A stretch of 64,000 bases of DNA, taken from assembly GCA_049519355.1 (NCBI GenBank), contig JBEKQV010000001.1:193-64192 (forward strand), read 5' to 3'. Below are positions 49,764 to 60,161 of this stretch, piece by piece. This DNA comes from Candidatus Microgenomates bacterium (GTDB lineage Bacteria > Patescibacteriota > Microgenomatia > UBA8517). The position numbers were made by a program, and so were the translations under genes. The notes beneath the pieces are model-generated. The model was not told the origin of the DNA and searched no databases. It was given only the letters and a program-made list of their open reading frames with translations. Each line of letters begins with the position of its first letter. Position 1 is the stretch's first letter.

Positions 49764-51464
49764 CTAATTCACTTTAAAAATTGTTACGTTGTTATTTTGA
49801 AATATCTGTGTCAACCCAAGCTGCTTGGCTCCCAATTTCGCATGCTGATCCGTTAACCAATAAATATATGATATGTTATTTTTCTCAAGAAAACTTCTAG
49901 CACTACTAATATTTAGCGTCGTGAGAAAGCTCTCAACGGAATTTCTCCTTCCCTGCCAAGGATATTGTAAATTATCTAAATTCGTTTGATCTTCTAAAAA
50001 CGTATCCTTATCCGAAAAGGCAGAAACATATGCTGTTGTATCATACATGTACAACGGGGTTAATGAATGCCCACCCAAAATTTTTGTAGAGTTATAAGGG
50101 TAAGTTAACACGATACCATCCGGCTGTTGCGATAAGAATTTCAACGCTTCTAATTCATTTGTAGGAATAACAGAGGGTGGTTTCTCCGGCAAATAATAAC
50201 CCATCGACGCAATTGTTGTTGGTATGGTCAGCAATACAAAAATGGTAATTATCAAGCCTTTTGTAAACGATGATGATTTACTTTCAATAAAATTTCCTAC
50301 TACTACCCCCGCAGCGATTCCCCCAAATATAAGGGAATAATAGAAAAACTGAATGGTGTTCCATGGGGTTCCTTTCTGCGTAAAAAACATCGGGACGACA
50401 ATTCCTGCCAAAATTAATGCAAACAAAAATATCTCGATTGGACCTGCTGTTAATAGTTTTTTTGGCTTTTGGAGAAGTGGTTTGAGTGCCACTAGTCTCG
50501 TACTGAAATTGCCAACAATAAAAATAACAAACGCTAAACCATAAGCCAATATTGCCTTTCCCCAAATTCTTCCCATTCTATAAGTGGTCATCGCCGAATA
50601 GAGCTTGTACCAATTGAATCTGTCTGGGTAAGCCATCATCGATTCCAAAAACCAGAAAGGAGTAAAAACAATTAAGTTTACCGAAGATTTATTGAAGGGA
50701 ATAAATAAAAACATGGAGATTACTGCCGTGACCAAAAATATCCAAAGTAAAAAATAATCTTTCTTTCTAATTATCTGCCAGATTGCTACAATTAAAATTG
50801 AAGTTAAAACTAGAAGTCCCGCGTACACTTTGATAAAAATTGAGACGCCTAAAAATAATGCGGTAAGACAAAAGTTAAATAAAGTCTTTTTCTCAAGATA
50901 TTTTTTAAGGTATATGAGTCCCAAAAGAATAGTTATCAACGAAAGTGCAAATGGGGGGTTAATAAGAGTTGATATGGATTGCTGGGACCAATACATACTT
51001 TCCCCTCCCCAACCTTGACCTCTAAAAAGCGAAACCAACCAGCCAAAACTGCCGCCAAAGTAAACAAAAAAGACCGCAATCAACGATTCGATCTTTGATT
51101 TTCGCCAAATATACACAAATGCGTACGAAAGTAACCCAATTGCAAGAGCCAGTATTGGAGGGGTTATTTGAAAATAAAGATTAACAACAGGAATAAAAGT
51201 AATTTTGTGTAAAATGGCCAAAATTAAATCAAAACCGATGTGATAATTTTGAATAGGAAGACTTGCAAATGTAGGCAATTGAAACGACCCGCGCGACAAA
51301 CTTTCAGCAAGAGCGACATGCCATACCCCATCATGGCCGTTTGCTCCCCAAAAACCAATGCCGTAAGAATAAATCCACCCACTTTTTACCATCGTCAAAG
51401 ACCAAACAATGGTGCCAATTAAAACCAATAGCCATTTAAAAACGTTATTTGTTAATATTTTCAT
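49764..51464 (-). CDS. Polytopic membrane protein, family B paralog 3
   Basis: 566 aa. GANGHDGVWHVALAES, PIQNYHIGFDLIL, C-terminus ...TIFKVN. Confidence 0.5.
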   Translation of the reverse strand: MKILTNNVFKWLLVLIGTIVWSLTMVKSGWIYSYGIGFWGANGHDGVWHVALAESLSRGSFQLPTFASLPIQNYHIGFDLILAILHKITFIPVVNLYFQITPPILALAIGLLSYAFVYIWRKSKIESLIAVFFVYFGGSFGWLVSLFRGQGWGGESMYWSQQSISTLINPPFALSLITILLGLIYLKKYLEKKTLFNFCLTALFLGVSIFIKVYAGLLVLTSILIVAIWQIIRKKDYFLLWIFLVTAVISMFLFIPFNKSSVNLIVFTPFWFLESMMAYPDRFNWYKLYSAMTTYRMGRIWGKAILAYGLAFVIFIVGNFSTRLVALKPLLQKPKKLLTAGPIEIFLFALILAGIVVPMFFTQKGTPWNTIQFFYYSLIFGGIAAGVVVGNFIESKSSSFTKGLIITIFVLLTIPTTIASMGYYLPEKPPSVIPTNELEALKFLSQQPDGIVLTYPYNSTKILGGHSLTPLYMYDTTAYVSAFSDKDTFLEDQTNLDNLQYPWQGRRNSVESFLTTLNISSARSFLEKNNISYIYWLTDQHAKLGAKQLGLTQIFQNNNVTIFKVN

Positions 51465-52950
51465 TCTTGTGAAGTATTATTCCGGAAACTTTTCTTATGT
51501 CGTCAATTATCGACATTCCGACAAAAACAAAAATCGAAGCAAAATAAGCAACCATTCCAATAACTGTCAGCACAAAGACCGAATAAAGATTTACTGGCAA
51601 AAAGTTTCTTAGAACCAAAAGAACAGCTCCCATAATAAAGGATGCCGCAAGTGGCTTAAATGTACTTTCCGTCAACGAAAAGTCGACGTATTTCTTAACA
51701 ATAAATATAGCGATGATGGAGGAAGCTCCAACAATTGCATAACCTGCTGACGCACCGTTAACACCATACTTTAGACCCAAATAAGGAACAAGTAGCCATG
51801 TCAAAACTGTCCACATAACCATTAGTCCCGAAGTTATTTTGATCTTACCTATGGCATTCAGAAGGTTGGTCAATTGTGTCGTAACGGCAGCAAATATCAC
51901 GTTTACGGCTAAAAATGCAAGAGGAATAACTGCGGGTAGCCACTGAGAGAATTTGGATATGGATTGGAAAACTATCGGGGCAAGAATAACTATTCCGACA
52001 ACGGCAGGGAAAACCAAGAAAGCAATGAAGAAGATTGAGCGAGTTACATTTTCTTTCAATTCCTTCATGTTGTCCTGCATTCTGGAAAAAGCCGGGAAAG
52101 TAACCCGGGTTACATTATCAAGAACTACTCTTAGCGGCATCTGAATCCACCCCTGGGCCCAAGAAAGAATTCCAAGTGGTCCCAATCCGATAACTTTACC
52201 CAAGATTATTGTTAAACCGTCATCCTTTAAAACAGCTATAAAAGTGTTTATTTGGTATGGAATTCCAAAAACAAGAAGCTTCTTGAGTGAACTTCTTGAA
52301 ATCTGAAGTGTCGGCTTCCATGGTTGGAAAAGATATAGCACTGTTACTCCGATAATTCCCCTGGCAATAACCGAAATTGTAAAACTGGTAATTCCAAAAC
52401 CCTTCCACGCCAAAAAAACCAGAACGAGATTGTAAACAAGAGTCTCAATAATTGCAGATATCGCAACCACTTCGAATCTTAAATGCCGTTCCAATATCAC
52501 CGACGGAATTGATTTCAAAGAAGACATAAAAAATGAAAAACAAAGTGCATAAAGGAGGTATACCGAGCTTTGATCAAGATTGTAAAAATGGCGTATAAAC
52601 GAAGTCCCCGCCACTACAATAAGAATTAGTGTAATTACCAGTATCTGCTGAACAGTGAATGTTGTTTTTAGGTCCTCCTGCGTAATTTTTTCCTTCTTCT
52701 GAATTAAGGATGCGGCTAAACCAATATCAGAAAAGTAAACCAAAAAATTTATGATTGCGGAGACAACACCAAAAATTCCGAAAAGTACCGGGTTTAGAAA
52801 CTTGCCCAGAAAAAAATAGGCAATTATTGTGATTATGTAAACCCCAAAGTACTGTTGTGTGAGAGCCACAATACCTTTGACAGTACGGCTTTTGACGGTT
52901 TCCAGGTTTATTTCGGCCGTTGGATCCAAATGTTCCTCAGTAGGTTCCAC
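51445..52950 (-). CDS. wzx: Wzx-type oligosaccharide flippase (MOP superfamily polysaccharide biosynthesis protein)
   Basis: 501 aa with about 14 transmembrane segments. The N-terminal region VKGIVALTQQYFG...LNPVLFGIFGVVSAIINFLVYFSDIGLAASLIQKKE has the Polysacc_synt pattern. GTG start. Confidence 0.65.
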   Translation of the reverse strand: MEPTEEHLDPTAEINLETVKSRTVKGIVALTQQYFGVYIITIIAYFFLGKFLNPVLFGIFGVVSAIINFLVYFSDIGLAASLIQKKEKITQEDLKTTFTVQQILVITLILIVVAGTSFIRHFYNLDQSSVYLLYALCFSFFMSSLKSIPSVILERHLRFEVVAISAIIETLVYNLVLVFLAWKGFGITSFTISVIARGIIGVTVLYLFQPWKPTLQISRSSLKKLLVFGIPYQINTFIAVLKDDGLTIILGKVIGLGPLGILSWAQGWIQMPLRVVLDNVTRVTFPAFSRMQDNMKELKENVTRSIFFIAFLVFPAVVGIVILAPIVFQSISKFSQWLPAVIPLAFLAVNVIFAAVTTQLTNLLNAIGKIKITSGLMVMWTVLTWLLVPYLGLKYGVNGASAGYAIVGASSIIAIFIVKKYVDFSLTESTFKPLAASFIMGAVLLVLRNFLPVNLYSVFVLTVIGMVAYFASIFVFVGMSIIDDIRKVSGIILHKNENINK

Positions 52951-52987
52951 TCATAGATTGTAGCATGCCTGAAGATAATAATTTAGC

Positions 52988-54493
52988 CTAGGAAGATTTT
53001 ACTTTAATTAACAACAAACTGTCCCTAGATCCGTCCGGTCTATAGGCCTTCGGGTAGGATGCTATAGTTATACCGATTTTGGAAGGAGCCACATTTAATC
53101 TTGATTGATTTATAAGAAGATAGGTTTCGTCCCCTGCCTTGATTGCATCAATCAAACTTTGTGGAATTGTGTTAATTCCTAACCCTACCCCGATAATCGT
53201 AATCTTAGGAACATCATTAAGATACATTTCAAGGCCGTCAGGGAGAGTGCCGAAATACCCTTCTGTCCCGACAACAATCTTGGTGGAAGGATTTGAAACC
53301 AACCTGTTTCTTAAATATACTGAGACTTCTTTAATTCCGTATCCTGAAGTCCACTCTTCGAGATAACCCGACCTTTCACTCCTGGGTAAGTTTGCTTTTG
53401 CAGGATTGAATAATAACCGGTAATCAAAAAATAATGACTGCCCTACAAAAAACACTAATATTAAAGCCAAAACTATCAGCAGTTTTTTTCTGTATTCAAG
53501 AAAAGCCGAAGCAGCTATAATAACCAAAAACGGAATTGAAAAAAGAATATATCGGGCGGTTAACACCTTGGCAAATTCACACTGAACCACAATCGGCCCC
53601 AAAAACCAAATCGTTAGAATCACAAGTTGCTTCCAACTCTTCTTCCAATTAATTAAATAACCGGCCAAACCAAGAACCAGCAGCGACCACGGCCCCATTG
53701 CAACCAGCCATTGCCAGGATTGAATCAAAAACGGTTTAAGGGGGTCAAAGGGACTTACCAAAAAATGATTTATCGGATAAACATAATCCAAGTTTCTACT
53801 TGCAATAAGTTCAAAATTAGGTCCAAGTCGTAAAATGTTATACATTCCGTAACCGATTATTAATGTGACAATGGTCAGAGGAACGATTTTAACAAGTCTT
53901 TTTGGAGATTTAATAAAGAACCAGAGAGTCGGAAGCATAATTGCAAAGAAGAGTGCCGGCGACTTTGTCAGCCATGCCCCTCCGAGTGCAAAACCGGCGA
54001 GCATTGCGCAGTCTAATCGCTCTTTTGTAAAAGCCAGATAGGCAAAAATAAAAGTCCAAACACCAAACATCGTGAGCATTGAATCTACCAAGGCCATTCT
54101 GTCAAAAAAGAATGAGAACGGAGAAACCGCATAAATTAAACCTGCGATAAGAGCCACTTTTTTATTCTTAAATAATAAGTATGTTAAGAACGAAGTTCCG
54201 ATTAGGGTTCCCAAACCGGACAAAACCGAAACAATTCTACCCGCCGTCAACGGATCGTGGATTAATTTCAAAAACGCAATGGTAATCCACATAAAAAGAG
54301 GTTCTTTTCCGTCGGACAAAGGTAAAAATCTCAAGGTTTCTTCAACCCTCATCACTTGCGACCAGCGGATATAAATCGCTTCGTCAGCAAAAACCGGTAT
54401 TATTGTTAAGTGAAAAAAACGTAACGAGAATAAAGCCAGAATGAAAATTCCACCGAGAATATATACCCAATTCTTACTAAAATATTTCATCAT
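52988..54493 (-). CDS. GT-C membrane glycosyltransferase, ArnT/PMT-like (third member of the ArnT-like DE-motif group A')
   Basis: Loop-1 PVFADEAIYIRWSQ, the DE motif. 11 or more transmembrane segments. The start at MMKYF (54493) avoids overlap with the upstream gene. Confidence 0.55.
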   Translation of the reverse strand: MMKYFSKNWVYILGGIFILALFSLRFFHLTIIPVFADEAIYIRWSQVMRVEETLRFLPLSDGKEPLFMWITIAFLKLIHDPLTAGRIVSVLSGLGTLIGTSFLTYLLFKNKKVALIAGLIYAVSPFSFFFDRMALVDSMLTMFGVWTFIFAYLAFTKERLDCAMLAGFALGGAWLTKSPALFFAIMLPTLWFFIKSPKRLVKIVPLTIVTLIIGYGMYNILRLGPNFELIASRNLDYVYPINHFLVSPFDPLKPFLIQSWQWLVAMGPWSLLVLGLAGYLINWKKSWKQLVILTIWFLGPIVVQCEFAKVLTARYILFSIPFLVIIAASAFLEYRKKLLIVLALILVFFVGQSLFFDYRLLFNPAKANLPRSERSGYLEEWTSGYGIKEVSVYLRNRLVSNPSTKIVVGTEGYFGTLPDGLEMYLNDVPKITIIGVGLGINTIPQSLIDAIKAGDETYLLINQSRLNVAPSKIGITIASYPKAYRPDGSRDSLLLIKVKSS

Positions 54494-54501
54494 AAATACA
54501 T

Positions 54502-55983
54502 TTATTCGGTATAACCGAACATCGGATCCGTTAAATTCGCATTTTCTCCCTGACAACTCTTATCCACATCCTTTTGATTATACTTTTTATAATCGGGAAG
54601 TATTAATCCCAATGCTCCAAAGCGATCATCAAATTTATTAACAAGAGAAAGCGGAAACACTATTGTATAAACGGGACTTCCGCTTACGGGATCATTTACG
54701 TGCATATTTGCCAGATAAAAAATATACCTGTATCCAAGGTTATAGCCGGGGTTTGTAATGTATGAGACTGATATACAAGGATAATTGTGTTTTTGTGCAT
54801 CCTCCTTTATATATGCAACTATCGCCTTTTTTTGAATATATCCATTTGAGCTGTCCGGCGTATTTAATATCAGATAAATATTTCCTGCCGAATAAACAGC
54901 AATTAAAAGAACCGCCAAGAACTTCCAAAACTTTTTCTCCAATAAATAACCAAGGAATAGCGCTGCAATAGCAATCCAAACTACATTCATCCCGTCCAGA
55001 TAGTATTCGGAAAGATTAAGTGAATTAACTGTAAAAAAGCCTATATACAGTAGCTGCCACAAGGTTAATAGCAGTGCATACTCTTTTGGCAGTTTTTTGA
55101 TAATTAATAAAAATATTGCAATACCAACCAAAAGATAGAAAGCTAGTCTAACAGGGACTTGGGAAACTGATGGAAAAAAAAGATAGGTCGTATTTGCATT
55201 AACTAGCTGCATAACACGGTCCAATTTTGCCCAACCGGTTGCGGTTTGAGGAACCAGATTTCTCTGTGTCGTTACCGATGCAATAACTGCCTTTGTTTGT
55301 TGAAAATTATGCCTGGCTTCAAAAATAATTAGCGGAGTTGATAAAACTACCAGTACTCCTGCACCCAATAAAAAATATTTCCATTGAAATTTTTTCCGAG
55401 ACAAAATCCAAGCAAGTAATGCCAATGGAGATACAACAACTAGGGCAAGATTCAAATGCCAGATAAGAGCAATCAGAACTCCAAAAAGAACAAACCCTAT
55501 TTTTTGCCGGCCTTTATAAATTAAATACAAGTCATATAAATACCACACAGTCCAAAGCATTACCGGCATCGTGGGAACAACATTTCTATCGGAGAAAACG
55601 ATCATTTCGGAAACCGTATAAATAATCGCACCAATCAAACCAACTTTTTTATTAAACATTTTGGAGAAAACAAAGTAGAAGCTATAAACCGCAAAAGTTC
55701 CGAGAATCATTGTCAAAAGCAGAACATAAATTGGATCCATATGCCCCAGTAAGTAAAAAGGAATCTGAAGATAATAAAAAAGTGCTCCAATAAACACCCC
55801 TGTAACGGAAGTTTGCTGCCCGATAAGCCTTACATGGTGATTAACCAAAATGTCTTTGATAATCCAGGACGCCAAATCATTATCGTGCGCATAATAAAAT
55901 AATTCATTGGCTTTATATGCCCTAAGGAAAAAGGCCAACCCTAAAACAAGGATTATCGGGATATATTTCAAATATTTCTTCAT
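54502..55983 (-). CDS. Polytopic membrane protein, family D paralog 1 (unknown; GT-C-like)
   Basis: 493 aa. FYYAHDNDLASWII aligns with the YDQxRD motif of 55987..57516 and 60905..62410. Confidence 0.45.
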   Translation of the reverse strand: MKKYLKYIPIILVLGLAFFLRAYKANELFYYAHDNDLASWIIKDILVNHHVRLIGQQTSVTGVFIGALFYYLQIPFYLLGHMDPIYVLLLTMILGTFAVYSFYFVFSKMFNKKVGLIGAIIYTVSEMIVFSDRNVVPTMPVMLWTVWYLYDLYLIYKGRQKIGFVLFGVLIALIWHLNLALVVVSPLALLAWILSRKKFQWKYFLLGAGVLVVLSTPLIIFEARHNFQQTKAVIASVTTQRNLVPQTATGWAKLDRVMQLVNANTTYLFFPSVSQVPVRLAFYLLVGIAIFLLIIKKLPKEYALLLTLWQLLYIGFFTVNSLNLSEYYLDGMNVVWIAIAALFLGYLLEKKFWKFLAVLLIAVYSAGNIYLILNTPDSSNGYIQKKAIVAYIKEDAQKHNYPCISVSYITNPGYNLGYRYIFYLANMHVNDPVSGSPVYTIVFPLSLVNKFDDRFGALGLILPDYKKYNQKDVDKSCQGENANLTDPMFGYTE

Positions 55984-55986
55984 ACC

Positions 55987-57516
55987 TTACTTTAATAATG
56001 TTCTTTTTTGAACAACTATTCCACCAAAATTCTTCTGTTCAACTACAGCAGTCTTTGAGTTCTCCTCGCTTATTGCATCATCAACAAAGTTTTGAGGAAT
56101 CCCTTCTTGAGGTTCTATAATAAAATAATAGATTTGGATATTCTTGGGCGTATCGGGAAGAATATCACCTATATCGCCCACCTGGCTTCTTCCGTGCCAG
56201 TATGGCAAATAACCATACTTACCCAATCCGTACCAGCTATACATATATGACCACGTTGTGTTCAACCAAAGGGGAGCGGTAATGCTATTGATACTAAATC
56301 TTTGACCACCGGATGATTGATATGTGTAATCTACTGCCTGTTCTAAATTAGAAAGGACCATTTCCCGCCTTAGTGTAAAAATTGTCTGACCATCCTTGTT
56401 TTCCGATAATATTTTCGTTAAACCTGAAAGAATAACTATAAAAGTTAAGATAACGGCAAAAATTTTCGACTTTTTCCAAATTGCCGAAATAAACATGGCA
56501 GCCAAAATACATACGGCTATTCCTATCCCGACAGTCAAATAGGGTGTATCGTTTCCGCCAAAAAAAACTACGGGTAAATGGGAAAAAAGATAAAGTAGCA
56601 AAAAAAACTTCGGGTCTTCCAAATGATTTTTCGATTCCCTTCCCCACTTTTGTGTAAACCAAACAATCATAACAAAACCTATAAATCCTCCAAACCCCAA
56701 ACTTAGGGGAAAAAGATTAAGGGAAAAAGTTTTACCAATCTGATTCAGATAAACAACTATAAAATCTCCAAAGCCTTTTACACTTAATAAAGTATTTCCT
56801 CCAGTAAAAAGATAGATTAATCCTTTTATTCCAGTGAGACCAAACTTGATCTGAGAAATCCAAATAGTACAAGTTCCTGCAATAAGTCCGCCCACAAACG
56901 CGCCAAATTGCCTGAGAGTAATACTCTTCTTACAAATAATAAGCCAAGTGGCAATGGCCGCAATGTGGTAGGCAAGAAAGAGATCGGATTGGATAGAGAA
57001 ACCAAAAAAAACGCCGGTAAGAAGTGCGTACCAAACATTTTTATTCCTTGTCCATAACCAAAGAAATAAATATGTTAGAGGTACAAACAAAAGGCCTATT
57101 GTTGGATTTGAAAGCCATGTCGCATATTGGCTCGCCTCAAACGAAAAAACAAAAAATAATGATGACAATAACGAGACGTCCCTCTTTCTAAATAAAAAAA
57201 ATGACAAGAAGTAGACAACGAAAACCGTTGCTGAGCTAAAGAACGCAAGCCAATAATCGGCAACGACAGGATTACCTTTTGAAGCAAAATAAGGTACGGC
57301 AAGAAAATAATCATACAAAACTCCATGATAAAGACCTGGGGCATTTGCAGAAGGACCCTGAATTTTTATGTCTCCAGCAATAATTTGTTTAACAAAAAAG
57401 GCGTCGCGGGCTTGATCGTAAGAAAAAGTTATCGCCGATTTATTTAGGTAAAGAACACGTAGTAAAAATCCGATTACAAATATGACCGAAACAGTTAGAA
57501 AGCTTTTTTTGTTCAC
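55987..57516 (-). CDS. Polytopic membrane protein, family D paralog 2
   Basis: 509 aa. FSYDQARDAFFVKQI and ...GGIVVQKRTLLK at the C-terminus (compare family D paralog 3, ...GGITVQERERTLYTK). Confidence 0.45.
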   Translation of the reverse strand: MNKKSFLTVSVIFVIGFLLRVLYLNKSAITFSYDQARDAFFVKQIIAGDIKIQGPSANAPGLYHGVLYDYFLAVPYFASKGNPVVADYWLAFFSSATVFVVYFLSFFLFRKRDVSLLSSLFFVFSFEASQYATWLSNPTIGLLFVPLTYLFLWLWTRNKNVWYALLTGVFFGFSIQSDLFLAYHIAAIATWLIICKKSITLRQFGAFVGGLIAGTCTIWISQIKFGLTGIKGLIYLFTGGNTLLSVKGFGDFIVVYLNQIGKTFSLNLFPLSLGFGGFIGFVMIVWFTQKWGRESKNHLEDPKFFLLLYLFSHLPVVFFGGNDTPYLTVGIGIAVCILAAMFISAIWKKSKIFAVILTFIVILSGLTKILSENKDGQTIFTLRREMVLSNLEQAVDYTYQSSGGQRFSINSITAPLWLNTTWSYMYSWYGLGKYGYLPYWHGRSQVGDIGDILPDTPKNIQIYYFIIEPQEGIPQNFVDDAISEENSKTAVVEQKNFGGIVVQKRTLLK

Positions 57517-57520
57517 TTTG

Positions 57521-58546
57521 CTATAAAATTCTTAAAACACTTTCTCCGAAAACTTTGTACCCGAATTTTTTAGAAGATTCCTGGGCTTTAATTCTTAATC
57601 CTGTAAGGGAAACCTTGCCTTCAATAATAGACATTGTTATCTTTCTCAAATCACCTTCGTTTTTCCACAAAAAACCGTTTACTCCGTTTTGGACTATTTC
57701 CTCATGGCCTCCGGCATCAAAGATAATCGGGACCGCTCCCGCAGCTAATGCCTCAACCACGGTAATCCCAAAATGCTCAACTTTTTCGGGGTTTTTATCT
57801 TCGTTGACTCCAAATCCGGAAGCACTCCAAAAAACTTTTGCTTTTCCGTATAAATCTTTCAGGGTTTTAAAATCGGGGCTCTCCACAAATTCAATCGGAT
57901 AGCCTTCCGATTCATCCTTTAATTCCTTCAAATAATCACCAGCCCCAATTTCCGCTCCCCCGGCAAGAATAAGCTTCCAGTCTTTCAACCCCTCGTTAAA
58001 CAACTTCTTGAACGTCCTGATTAATATTTCCTGACCTTTATTTTGAAGGATATGGGAAAACCTGCCCACGAAAAGAATTACATTCTCTTTTCTCTTTGGT
58101 TTAATATTCTCAACATCAATCGGCGGGTAAATCACCAAGCCATTAACTCCATACTCTCTATCTATAAAACTTTTTGTAAAATTTGAATTGCAAACAATTT
58201 TATTTATCCTAAAAAGCTTCATTCTATTTAAAAGGCTTTTGCCGCCTATGTTATGAAACGGGACCTGAAAATGAAGAATGTTTTTCCTTGCACGTAAGGT
58301 GGGGATGCTTCCGTCGGAGACCCAAAAACACAAATCATAACCGTCGCCTCTTTTGATGTCTTTTACAATATTTATTTCACTAAGATCTATCCCGAAACGA
58401 TTTTCAAGGATCTCCTTTATTCCGATATCTTTCCATTCCAAATCAACCATATATCCATTCTCGACAAGAACACGGGCGAAAGCGGTAGTATAACGCTCTC
58501 CCCCTCCCAATGTGTCCAAATACGGATTATAAATTGCTGCTCTCAT
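57521..58546 (-). CDS. Family 4 glycosyltransferase (GT-B)
   Basis: 341 aa. GGGERYTTAFARVL and GITVVEALAAGAVPIIFDAGGHEEIV. Confidence 0.7.
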   Translation of the reverse strand: MRAAIYNPYLDTLGGGERYTTAFARVLVENGYMVDLEWKDIGIKEILENRFGIDLSEINIVKDIKRGDGYDLCFWVSDGSIPTLRARKNILHFQVPFHNIGGKSLLNRMKLFRINKIVCNSNFTKSFIDREYGVNGLVIYPPIDVENIKPKRKENVILFVGRFSHILQNKGQEILIRTFKKLFNEGLKDWKLILAGGAEIGAGDYLKELKDESEGYPIEFVESPDFKTLKDLYGKAKVFWSASGFGVNEDKNPEKVEHFGITVVEALAAGAVPIIFDAGGHEEIVQNGVNGFLWKNEGDLRKITMSIIEGKVSLTGLRIKAQESSKKFGYKVFGESVLRIL

Positions 58547-59243
58547 GTTTTATTTGAAGCTCCCAAAGTTTAGAATATGTGATTAACCTACTAAACGTCT
58601 GATAAATTATTTCTATTATTCCTACGGTTCCGTCCAAAAAACCAAGCTTAACAATTCCCCTATACCAAAATTCCCTAAAACCGGCACTGAAAAATCTAAT
58701 TATATTCATCTCTGGATGACCAGAATCGTATAAAAGTTTTGCTTCAATTTCCGACCATTTGTTCGTTTTTTCAACCATCTCAGTAATATTCCTGTGACTA
58801 ATATGAATAAGGGGTTCTTTCAGATGGGCCGTGAACCCGACTATTTCCGGTTGTTCGTGCAATTCTCCTTTCCAACCCTTTAGTTTATCTTTCTCAATGA
58901 GCCTTAAAACAAAATCAGGACTCCATCCGCCCCAATGCATTTCGTGACCCAAAAAAATATTTTTACGGGGAATCGCGTAAGCGGAAAACTCGTTAGTTCC
59001 GATTACTTGTAGAATCATCTTTTTAAGTTCCGGTGTTACCTCTTCGTCGGTGTCTAAATACAACAACCAATCCCCTTTTGCTTTTTTTGCTCCCTCATTT
59101 CTCCAGTCGGCAAAGCCTCCCTTGATTTTTGATGTATCAACCTTCACTATCTCATCACACCAAGCGACTGAGTCTAGACACTTAACCAATAAGTTTTTAT
59201 CGACCACACCCCCGATTAAAACTATTGCACTGATTTTTGTCAT
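58527..59243 (-). CDS. GT2-like glycosyltransferase
   Basis: 238 aa. ISAIVLIGG...CLDSVAWCDEIVKVD and YLDTDEE. This subtype is shared with 59245..60141 and 21956..22822. Confidence 0.55.
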   Translation of the reverse strand: MTKISAIVLIGGVVDKNLLVKCLDSVAWCDEIVKVDTSKIKGGFADWRNEGAKKAKGDWLLYLDTDEEVTPELKKMILQVIGTNEFSAYAIPRKNIFLGHEMHWGGWSPDFVLRLIEKDKLKGWKGELHEQPEIVGFTAHLKEPLIHISHRNITEMVEKTNKWSEIEAKLLYDSGHPEMNIIRFFSAGFREFWYRGIVKLGFLDGTVGIIEIIYQTFSRLITYSKLWELQIKHESSNL

Positions 59244-59244
59244 T

Positions 59245-60141
59245 CTAAATTTTTAATTTACGTCTTATACGATCACCCAACTTCCCAGACTCTTTATATG
59301 AGGAGTCAAATTCCCAATAGTGCAAGTCTTTTTCCTCATCTCGAAAAACACTAATAACTTCGGACAAGTTTGGATTTTGATCGCTAAATTTTTCTTTCTG
59401 CCAAACTTTAAGATAAACCGACAACTCCGAAAAAGCCTGGAGTAAAGAAAGAGCCAACCCATGCAACCCGTCTTTATAACCTTCACCAAAAAAATAACGG
59501 CTTAAAAATTCATTCGACGGTTTAAGAATTAAATCTTTCCACAAAAATTTATAGCCTTCTTTAATTCTAAGAAGTGCATGCTGAGTTGAATAAGCATTCA
59601 TTCGTTCTAGATACTGCTCAACAGAATCATAATTGTGATGAATTATTGCAAATTCCTCTTTGTCTTCAATTTCCCCGCCAACTCCCTGTGTCATGGGAAC
59701 CATGTGGATTATTTCATTCCAAGAAACGGTGCCTTTTTTGAAAAGGCGAATATTGTAATCTGGCCACCAACGTGAGTGTTGCATCCAATGCCCAAAAATG
59801 ATATTTTTCCTGGGAATTCTAAAATAATCGGCTTTTGGTTCTTTCAAAACCCGGCTAATTTTTTGTGCAAGCGAGATAGGTACTTCTTCATCAGCATCAA
59901 GAATGAAAATCCATGGATTTGAAGCTTTTGAAATAGCAAAATTTCTGGCAGGTTCCACATATCCGGTTTTTTCATGAGTGAAAACCTTAGCTCCCAGTGA
60001 TTTAGCCACTTCGGCAGTTTTATCTTCCGACTCCATGTCGACAACTATAATCTCGTCCGCTAAGTTTTTTATGGAGGTTATTGCCTTCGGAAGGTTCTTT
60101 TCTTCGTTAAGTGTATTTATTACTACCGAAATCTTTTCCAC
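59245..60141 (-). CDS. Family 2 glycosyltransferase
   Basis: 298 aa. KISVVINTLNEEKNLPKAITSIKNLADEIIVVDMESEDKT and ILDADEE. Confidence 0.7.
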   Translation of the reverse strand: MEKISVVINTLNEEKNLPKAITSIKNLADEIIVVDMESEDKTAEVAKSLGAKVFTHEKTGYVEPARNFAISKASNPWIFILDADEEVPISLAQKISRVLKEPKADYFRIPRKNIIFGHWMQHSRWWPDYNIRLFKKGTVSWNEIIHMVPMTQGVGGEIEDKEEFAIIHHNYDSVEQYLERMNAYSTQHALLRIKEGYKFLWKDLILKPSNEFLSRYFFGEGYKDGLHGLALSLLQAFSELSVYLKVWQKEKFSDQNPNLSEVISVFRDEEKDLHYWEFDSSYKESGKLGDRIRRKLKI

Positions 60142-60161
60142 AAGCTCAATTGTAGCACTAA

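Noticed and set aside
3091-50565. Many 60-115 aa ORFs on the strand opposite to long genes (for example 3091..3315, 4330..4521, 7114..7308, 13901..14340, 18831..19268, 24320..24649, 37757..38051, 44847..45132, 48222..48693, 50284..50565)
   Set aside because: All are fully embedded antisense in well-supported long CDSs. They have F/L/I/K/N-rich low-complexity composition and no motifs. These are expected random ORFs in an AT-rich sequence, not genes.
52951-52987. Possible promoter or palindrome (gcatgc, tacaat) in the 37-bp gap upstream of wzx
   Set aside because: The -10-like hexamer sits only ~5 nt from the GTG start and no -35 is evident. That is too weak to call.
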